Assembly: GCA_046761065.1 (NCBI GenBank) | Contig: JBHIFL010000019.1 | Coordinates: forward strand, 1-32,000 | Direction: 5' to 3' | Length of the DNA stretch: 32,000 nucleotides | Source: Candidatus Heimdallarchaeota archaeon | Lineage (GTDB): Archaea > Asgardarchaeota > Wukongarchaeia > Wukongarchaeales > JBHIFL01 | Shown: in pieces, positions 25,391 to 32,000 of the stretch | Position numbering within the stretch: the stretch's first letter is position 1 | Layout of the letters: the number at the start of each line of letters is the position of its first letter | Program-made: the position numbers and the translations under genes | The notes under the pieces: model-generated | The model's input: the letters and a program-made list of their open reading frames with translations, nothing else | Told to the model about the DNA's origin: nothing | The model's database searches: none

Positions 25391-26332
25391 ATGATTTATA
25401 TCTCAGGAATTGTACTTATTGGTATTTTAGCACTATTTCCACAGCTAGGATATTTTATTTTTAATTATATATCCAAAAAAGGACTAGTAAGAGCTCAAAT
25501 CTTGGAAAAATCCTTGTATATTCTTTCACGTGAAAGGAGAAGAATCTTTATTGGAGGAATCATTGTTTATGAACCATGTACAATACATGAAGAAAGCGCG
25601 TTGGAATTTGTACATAAAATCCTAGAATATCTCCCGTTGACCTTCAAACTTGTAAAAAGTTGTGATCACTCGTGTATTTATGTTTACACCTTTATATACC
25701 AAGCAAAAACAAATATGAAAAGTTATTTTGATGAGAAGATTCACAAAATCGCGAATATATTAGAAACTCTTTTTACACCACGAAAAATCCAGATAATGAC
25801 TGGAGGAGAACTATATAAGAAGATGCAAAATGAATATGGGGAGATACTTGACACAGAAGAAGAAACATGTATAATAACTAGAAAATCGTTTGCAAGTATC
25901 TTTGAATTAATAAAACTCTATCAGAGAGAGAATTGGAAACAAAGGATCTTTTTATTGAATTGTTTGTTAGAACTTGGGTTGGATATTAGTCTATTATTTA
26001 CAATTAGAATGAAGAACACTCATGTTTACTCAACAGGGCAAATACGGATTAATGGAAACACGAAGGAAGCTTTGATGGAAGGGATCAAGATTCTGAAAAA
26101 AGGAGGATCTTCATTACTTGCGAGTTCTACAAGCCAAAAGCGTGAAAAAAAAGATTTGAGCCATGAATTGGTTGATAGTGCTTTACAAATAGTACCGTAT
26201 TTAGGACAAGAAATCAATCTAAAAAATTTTGCGAGTTTAATACAGTTTTGTGTACAAAATGCTTCTAAAATGAAAAAAAAATTCTTTTCTGCTCCAGAAA
26301 ATTACATCTTGACCCCTCTCCATGGAAATTAA
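25391..26332 (+). CDS. hypothetical protein with an N-terminal transmembrane helix (no family recognised)
   Basis: Long ORF (313 aa) in an otherwise ORF-free stretch. N-terminus IYISGIVLIGILALFPQLGYFIF is hydrophobic; Lys/Ile/Glu-rich; no motif recognised. Confidence 0.4.
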   Translation: MIYISGIVLIGILALFPQLGYFIFNYISKKGLVRAQILEKSLYILSRERRRIFIGGIIVYEPCTIHEESALEFVHKILEYLPLTFKLVKSCDHSCIYVYTFIYQAKTNMKSYFDEKIHKIANILETLFTPRKIQIMTGGELYKKMQNEYGEILDTEEETCIITRKSFASIFELIKLYQRENWKQRIFLLNCLLELGLDISLLFTIRMKNTHVYSTGQIRINGNTKEALMEGIKILKKGGSSLLASSTSQKREKKDLSHELVDSALQIVPYLGQEINLKNFASLIQFCVQNASKMKKKFFSAPENYILTPLHGN

Positions 26333-26424
26333 AAAATCTCGCATTAAAACATATTTAACAGTTAGATTTTGGATATCCTGTTAAGACCGGTCAGGAATAT
26401 TGATAAGCAAGGAAGGTTTCTAAA

Positions 26425-27222
26425 TCAAGACGAAGTTGAAAAAATTTTTCGAATTGCTGACGTATTAAACACAGACATAGAGACAGCTGGGAGATAAGGT
26501 CCAATCCTTTGGAGAAGGAGCTTAGCATTTATTCCAAAAATGCAAGCAATAGCATGTTCCATTAGGCCGAGTCGTTCAATTCTGTAAATATCTCTTAACG
26601 CACCCGCTTTCACTAGTGCTCGCCTTATTTCTTGCCGAGAGGCTCCATAACATATTAATCGTTCTAATCGATCATGACGCCACTTTTCAAATAACTCCAA
26701 GGATGATTTAGCTAGTTTAACTTCGATAGTGCCCTTATCTTTGTCTGTTGAGATGACAACAACATTAACAGGAAAATTCTCTAAGAATCCATAGATACGA
26801 ACAATACGTGGTAAAGAAAACGTCTTTTCGTTTACAAGCTGTTCACGCAAGGTATAAAGAGGAAGAAGGGCATCTTTTTTTGGATTAAAAACACCAATAT
26901 CAACAAAAACACCAAATCCAACGTTTCCTGGAGAAACTAAGTGACCACGTCTAACATCACCTATTTTTAATTCGTTAAAATTTATAACAGACCCAAATTT
27001 CCACTTAAGATAGTTCTTTGCACCATGAAAATCATCTCCAAATATAGAAACAGCCAAGTACCCATCCATCCCTATACTAGTTTCAACTCGTTTTAAACGA
27101 AGAGACCCCACTTCATGCTGTAAAATATCCCGTGCAGAGCGTAAAGCATTAAGTTGAGAGATTTTATTTCCATAAATCTTTTCCAATAGTAATACATATG
27201 ACCCATTCTTCTCAGTAACCAA
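26425..27222 (-). CDS. conserved-archaeal-type hypothetical protein with an S1/OB-like RNA-binding motif
   Basis: GDVRRGHLVSPGNVGFGVFVDIG resembles the S1-domain core. 265 aa, TTG start. Possibly DUF2110-like; not verified. Confidence 0.45.
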   Translation of the reverse strand: MVTEKNGSYVLLLEKIYGNKISQLNALRSARDILQHEVGSLRLKRVETSIGMDGYLAVSIFGDDFHGAKNYLKWKFGSVINFNELKIGDVRRGHLVSPGNVGFGVFVDIGVFNPKKDALLPLYTLREQLVNEKTFSLPRIVRIYGFLENFPVNVVVISTDKDKGTIEVKLAKSSLELFEKWRHDRLERLICYGASRQEIRRALVKAGALRDIYRIERLGLMEHAIACIFGINAKLLLQRIGPYLPAVSMSVFNTSAIRKIFSTSS

Positions 27223-27511
27223 CTAACGAACCCCTCCACTTTAATGAAAAATAGAATTACTTGTGTGAATCAAAAGTATTTTCAAATGCACACATCAACT
27301 TATAATAGCAGCCATTTAGGCATAATACTTTCTACGAAGATATGTGAATGATCTTGGGAGATTCAAAACCCTTGGAGATTCGGATGTGTCAATAAATCAT
27401 CACGGAGAGAAGTTTATGGTGTATTGTATGTTTCCACACACTAAATATATAAGCTATACAATCTGTATTACACATTATTTTAGGATTTTTCCTATTACAC
27501 TTTCAATCTTC

Positions 27512-27981
27512 TTACAATAACATTTTCCAGTGTTTGAACCACCAAAAAAATAAACGGGCGACTGAAGAAAGAGATTTATCCTGGTTAATTGCCATATGAT
27601 AATATTCTTCGCTTTTTGAAATTTGATCTGTTTTATGATAACAATCAGCTAATCCTTCCCATGCACGAGTGATATTTAGAATCCAACCATAAAACTTCTT
27701 CATAGCATTCCTTGGCTTGTTCAAATTGTCTTCGTTCGCGAAAGATGTGTCAGATTAAGTAGTGTAGTTAAAAGCATCGTGAGAATTCCTTTTCTGCACA
27801 GTGTTTGTTTACTGCAGATCGCAATTATATTGTGGCAGGAAATATTTATCGCATGCATCAAGAACAATGGGAAAGGTGATTTAATTGAAAATAGGCAAAA
27901 CCGGTGTCCTCTACAGGGACAAGTATCCCACTCAACTGTCCTAGCGTGGCCTTTACTCCAAAGGTTTTGGTAGGTAAACAT
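27512..27981 (-). pseudogene. frameshifted TPR-repeat gene fragments
   Basis: Minus-strand pieces FRERRQFEQAKECYEEVLWLDSKYH (one frame) and RAWEGLADCYHKTDQISKSEEYYHMAINQD (another frame) look like consecutive TPR units broken by a frameshift near 27690-27720. Confidence 0.3.
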
Positions 27982-28321
27982 TGAAATAAATGTCTATTAT
28001 GAAAGGTACGGTATTTCGGATATTCATTGACAACACATCCTTTTAACGAAAGCGGGGGACGTTCTCATAAGGATTTGTGTAAAGCAAAGTAATGTTTATA
28101 ATGTTGTAGTTATATAATTTATTAGAAGAAGAATTCGTGTAAAAAAGAGTTTGAGAATAGGGATATCTAATACTATCAGCTATGAAGGATTTGGAGTTGA
28201 CTATTAAGATTTTAATAAAAAACTTTCATGAAGTATTAGCATATTATAGAACTTCTATTTTAAGATTATTTGATTCTTTCCTGAATATATTGTTTTAACA
28301 ATTAAAAAATGTTTATGTGAC

Positions 28322-28876
28322 ATGTCTGTTATAGCGAGAGTAAGTATGTACAAAGGAGTTGACTGCAGAATGCCTCCACACAGTGCCCTTAGCATGATTG
28401 AGGAGATAGGTGGTCAAGATGCTGTCAAGGTCGTCCAAGTTCTAAATTCGAAAAAGGATATAACCGATGAGCAAATTGCAGAAATCACTGGTCTAAAACT
28501 AAATATGGTCCGAAAGGTTCTTTATAAACTAAATGAAAGTCAAATTGCCACCTATCGGCGCGAACGAGATTCAGAAACGGGTTGGTTTGTGTATTTTTGG
28601 TTCCTTCGACAAGAAAAGCTTGAAAACTTGATAAAGGGGCGACAAAAAGCTGTTCTTAGAATATTAAAACAACGTTTTGATTTCGAACGACAAAATGACT
28701 TTTATATCTGCGAAAACAAATGTCAAAAGTTAGTTTTTAATGAAGCATTTGAAGTAGGTTTTACTTGTCCTAAGTGTAACTCATTATTGGTCCAAATTGA
28801 TAATGGAACGCTGATTAAAGTCTTAGAAAGGAAAATTTCTCAACTTTCTAAAGCTATAAACGATTTCGAAGAGTGA
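28322..28876 (+). CDS. tfe: transcription factor E (TFE, TFIIE-alpha homolog)
   Basis: Winged helix ITDEQIAEITGLKLNMVRKVLYKLNESQIATYRRERDSETGWFVYFW, plus zinc ribbon YICENKCQK...FTCPKCNS. The true start may be ATG 28370. Confidence 0.82.
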   Translation: MSVIARVSMYKGVDCRMPPHSALSMIEEIGGQDAVKVVQVLNSKKDITDEQIAEITGLKLNMVRKVLYKLNESQIATYRRERDSETGWFVYFWFLRQEKLENLIKGRQKAVLRILKQRFDFERQNDFYICENKCQKLVFNEAFEVGFTCPKCNSLLVQIDNGTLIKVLERKISQLSKAINDFEE

Positions 28877-28952
28877 TGGTTTAGTTGGTGCGGATGAACA
28901 ATTTGTACGTTTTCTAAAAAATTGAGCTCGAAATGATAATAATCAGCTTTGA

Positions 28953-29441
28953 TCATTCCGATTTTTCGCCTAGAACCCGTGCAATATCACCTAATGTCAT
29001 TTTAGAAAGAGGTTTTTTGGATGGCGTAATGTCGACTGGTTCAATTGGTGATAACAGTTTAATTTCTAACATTTTTTCAATTTTTTTAGCCATTTTCTCA
29101 CTTGGACGTATTTTTTTCAGTTCAAGTTTAGCAAGATACGATTCTTTCATCTGTAGTTTTTTGGCTAATACTTCCCGTGTCCAACCTTTACTCTCACGTA
29201 CATTCCGAATTCTTTCACCATAATCAGGAACTAATCCATAAATATCTTCTTTTTGGTTTTTCCTTTTTGGAGAACGCAGTACCTTAGGACGTAAAATTTT
29301 TTTATGTCGGGAATTTGTTCTTGGAATAGAGACTGGTTCACCATATTTAGCACACTTAAGACACGCCATCATGATTGTTCTTTCAACTATTATTGGTTTA
29401 AGATCAAAAGAAGATTGACCACATATCTCACACCGAGCCAC
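28953..29441 (-). CDS. mbf1: multiprotein bridging factor 1 (archaeal MBF1: zinc ribbon + HTH)
   Basis: MARCEICGQ...ACLKCAKYG zinc ribbon, then YGERIRNVRESKGWTREVLAKKLQMKESYLAKLE (XRE-type HTH). GTG start. Confidence 0.8.
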   Translation of the reverse strand: MARCEICGQSSFDLKPIIVERTIMMACLKCAKYGEPVSIPRTNSRHKKILRPKVLRSPKRKNQKEDIYGLVPDYGERIRNVRESKGWTREVLAKKLQMKESYLAKLELKKIRPSEKMAKKIEKMLEIKLLSPIEPVDITPSKKPLSKMTLGDIARVLGEKSE

Positions 29442-29784
29442 AAATGGTTTCCTCCTTTTTCCTAGAGTAACTCAACTTAGAATATTCATGTTTAAAACTA
29501 AAATTGCTAATTAATAACAGGTATCCAAATCATACGTCTTAAATTAGTTATATTCATGTTTATGATTATTAAGATAATAATCTTTTTTATCCTCTGATAT
29601 AATCTGACAGCTAAAGTGTTTGGGAGATTTATATTCCTCTACAGAAAAAGAACAAAAGATATCCCTATTGAATAGTAAAAATTTAGAATGTTAGGGCACG
29701 ATACAACATTTCTTATGGTATAAATGACTATTATAGAACCATTCAGACCTGTCGTGTCACGTTTTCAGTATTCTTGCTTGACAA

Positions 29785-29794
29785 TATATAAATA
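29785..29794 (+). promoter_or_regulatory. TATA-box-like element upstream of pan
   Basis: atatataaat lies 36-45 nt upstream of ATG 29830, compatible with an archaeal TATA about 26 nt upstream of a short-leader TSS. No experimental support. Confidence 0.3.
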
Positions 29795-29829
29795 ATATCA
29801 GTGAAGAAGATAAAACAGATGGGGATAAT

Positions 29830-31047
29830 ATGGTTTCGGAGTTCACAGACAAGGAAACAAATTATGATTTGTCAGAAAGGTATATAGATTCATCATACTT
29901 GGCATCCTATGTGCGACAACTTGAAAAGCGAGTAAAGACCCTCGAAACGGAGAAAAAACTCTTGGATGCTGAACGAATGCGGCTTGAACGCGAATTAAAC
30001 TCTGTAAGAGCCGAATTAGAGCGATTGCGATTACCACCGCTATTTACAGGAACAATGATAGAGGTTTTAGAAGAAGATAAAGGTATTATCAAAAGTTCTA
30101 CAGGCCCAACCTTAGTTGTGCAGATCGCAAAACACCTTCCAAAGGAACTATTACATGCTGGTGCTAGAGTTGCACTAAATCAAAGAAGTTTCGCCCTCAT
30201 GGATGTGCTTCCGACGTCTAAAGATCCAATGGTCTTAGGGATGGAGGTAGAAGAGCGACCAAAGATAACATATAACGACATTGGAGGCCTAAAAGATCAG
30301 ATTCAAGAGATTCGAGAGATGATAGAACTACCGTTACTAAAGCCTCACCTTTTTGAGGAGGTGGGCATTGATCCACCAAAAGGAGTGTTACTCTATGGAT
30401 CCCCAGGAACAGGAAAGACTCTACTGACTAAGGCTGTAGCTCATGAAACAAAAGCAACATTCATTCGAATTATTGGAAGTGAACTTGTTCAGAAGTATAT
30501 AGGTGAAGGCGCCCGTTTAGTTCGTGAAGTTTTCAAAATGGCCGAGGAAAAAACGCCTTCCATTGTTTTTATAGATGAACTTGATGCAATTGGGAGTAAA
30601 CGCCTCGATATGGCAACAAGTGGAGATCGGGAGGTCCAGAGAACTCTTTTGCAATTATTATCCCAAATGGATGGATTTGATCCGAGAGGTGAGGTGAAAA
30701 TGATAGGTGCTACAAATCGACCCGATATGTTAGACTTAGCTCTCCTTCGTCCAGGAAGATTTGATCGTATTATTGAAATTCCAATGCCAGATTCAGAAGC
30801 TCTACAAGAGATCTACAGGATCCATACACGAAAAATGAATATTTCTTCTAATGTCAAAATTTCTGATTTAGCCAATATGAGTAGTAATGCAAGCGGAGCA
30901 GATGTGAAAGCTATAACTACTGAAGCAGGAATGTTCGCAATTAGAGAGGGACGATCAGAAGTCATTTTAGAAGATTTCAAAAAAGCAATTGATAAAGTGT
31001 TAATTAAGAAGAAAATTAGCTCCAAAGAAGTAAGATCATATGTTTAG
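29830..31047 (+). CDS. pan: proteasome-activating nucleotidase PAN (AAA+ ATPase, Rpt homolog)
   Basis: N-terminal coiled coil, OB region, Walker A GSPGTGKTLL, Walker B IVFIDELDA, second region of homology GATNRPDMLDLALLRPGRFDR. Confidence 0.95.
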   Translation: MVSEFTDKETNYDLSERYIDSSYLASYVRQLEKRVKTLETEKKLLDAERMRLERELNSVRAELERLRLPPLFTGTMIEVLEEDKGIIKSSTGPTLVVQIAKHLPKELLHAGARVALNQRSFALMDVLPTSKDPMVLGMEVEERPKITYNDIGGLKDQIQEIREMIELPLLKPHLFEEVGIDPPKGVLLYGSPGTGKTLLTKAVAHETKATFIRIIGSELVQKYIGEGARLVREVFKMAEEKTPSIVFIDELDAIGSKRLDMATSGDREVQRTLLQLLSQMDGFDPRGEVKMIGATNRPDMLDLALLRPGRFDRIIEIPMPDSEALQEIYRIHTRKMNISSNVKISDLANMSSNASGADVKAITTEAGMFAIREGRSEVILEDFKKAIDKVLIKKKISSKEVRSYV

Positions 31048-31231
31048 AACAGAAATAATATTTCACTTACTAGACATGACATGGAGAATGAAATCTATAG
31101 CAACGGGTGGGGGGAAACATGTTACATCATGATACCTTTTTTAATTAAGGTAGGGGGTTGGTCAAAATAACATGCTGGGCTAGTGAGGGATGTGATCATC
31201 CCCCATATAGCCCGCGACGCGTTGGCGTCGC

Positions 31232-31462
31232 ATGAATATCGTGATTCTCTCCTCGATTGCTACCTATTTAAGAGCGGCGGTTACCCCGGGATCATCCCTA
31301 CCCCGGAAACCAGGTCGCCCTCCCTTTGATCGGGGCTCGATGCTCTGTGCCTTTGTGTTCAAAGCCCTCCTTGGTCTTCGGTCAGAGAGTGCCCTCCATC
31401 GGGAATTGACCCGGAATCCCCTGCTCCGGGAGTTCTACATCGTGGGCAAATTAATTCTTTAA
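31232..31462 (+). pseudogene. N-terminal fragment of an IS5/IS4-type transposase (DUF772-like), truncated
   Basis: GRPPFDRGSMLCAFVFKALLGLRSESALHRELTRNPLLREF resembles the GRPxxD...LxxxxGLSxRxLxxxLxxNxxxRxFCG N-terminal domain. No DDE domain follows. It lies in a visibly GC-rich ~260 bp patch (31190-31450). Confidence 0.5.
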
Positions 31463-32000
31463 GGACTGGAATGTTACATAAATCACACCAACGAAGAATA
31501 TTCCGCCCATGATAAGGAGCTTCGTTAGCCTTTTTGGGCAACACATAAACCTCAACATAACCAGTATAAATATTGTTTTGCTATAAAATTCATTTTTTTC
31601 CAATAGGTATGTTTGACTATTCTGTTACGGGTAGTGTCTTATATGCCAGAGAAATATCAGGTTTTATGGAACTGTGGTAGCCAACCTTTTTACTTAGTTA
31701 TATAAAACTCCAAGAAAACCCAATAAACCCCTATAATGAAATATGAGTTCTGTGACCATTCAGTAAACTAATATATGATGGAAATTGTTTTTTACAGAAA
31801 AAGAGATTCATAAATTGCGGTAATATTTAAGGAGCTTTTTCCTTGTTCTCTTTATGAACAGTTTGCCCCATCTGGTACATTTTAATTGCTTGAACTGGGC
31901 TCAGTAAGTGTATTTATAATAGTATAGTATTGTTTAGAGGAGCAATCCAGATAAAACTTTGGAGATCAAGCTATTTCCGACCATTCATCTCGAGAACGGT

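Noticed and set aside
1-32000. CRISPR arrays, rRNA genes, integrases
   Set aside because: I found no regularly spaced direct repeats, no rRNA-like conserved stretches and no tyrosine or serine recombinase motifs while reading both strands. The only tandem repeat is the coding 54-bp duplication at 1-108.

Overview
AT-rich archaeal chromosomal segment, assigned on eS4, eL32, eL19, eL21, RNase P Rpp29, TFB/TFE, PAN, Pus10 and MBF1. No rRNA or CRISPR array was seen. Layout: (1) 1-8410 (+) is the large ribosomal-protein operon, from a probable uS3 tail through uL29, Rpp29, uS17, uL14, uL24, eS4, uL5, uS14, uS8, uL6, eL32, eL19, uL18, uS5 and uL30. It has three unusually long internal spacers and stops at uL30, so no uL15/SecY follows. 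(2) 8.5-10.1 kb (-) holds an Sm-like protein and a PAC2-type proteasome assembly chaperone. (3) 10.1-16.3 kb looks accessory. It contains a decayed TnpB-type relic and a tRNA-Leu(GAG) carrying three intervening sequences. A three-gene module follows (divergent TFB paralog, FlaI/PilB-like ATPase, FlaJ/PilC-like polytopic membrane protein), then a tRNA-Glu(CUC) with a T-loop intron. (4) 16.5-21.7 kb (-) is a conserved RNA-modification/transcription cluster: TrmJ-like SPOUT, KsgA, DUF655, RpoF, eL21, Pus10, TrmY. (5) 21.7-23.5 kb is an IS200/IS605 element with an intact TnpA and a heavily decayed TnpB. (6) The remainder holds SRP54, an orphan membrane protein, an S1-like protein, TPR debris, TFE, MBF1, PAN and a GC-rich IS5-type transposase fragment. 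Most notable observations: the essential uS5 gene is interrupted inside a conserved motif by a ~32-35 nt palindrome-flanked insert, a candidate mRNA intron, in a genome whose tRNAs are intron-rich. The TFB-paralog/ATPase/platform module has no pilin gene and is bracketed by tRNAs. All calls come from reading the sequence and recalled family motifs; no searches or folding programs were run.
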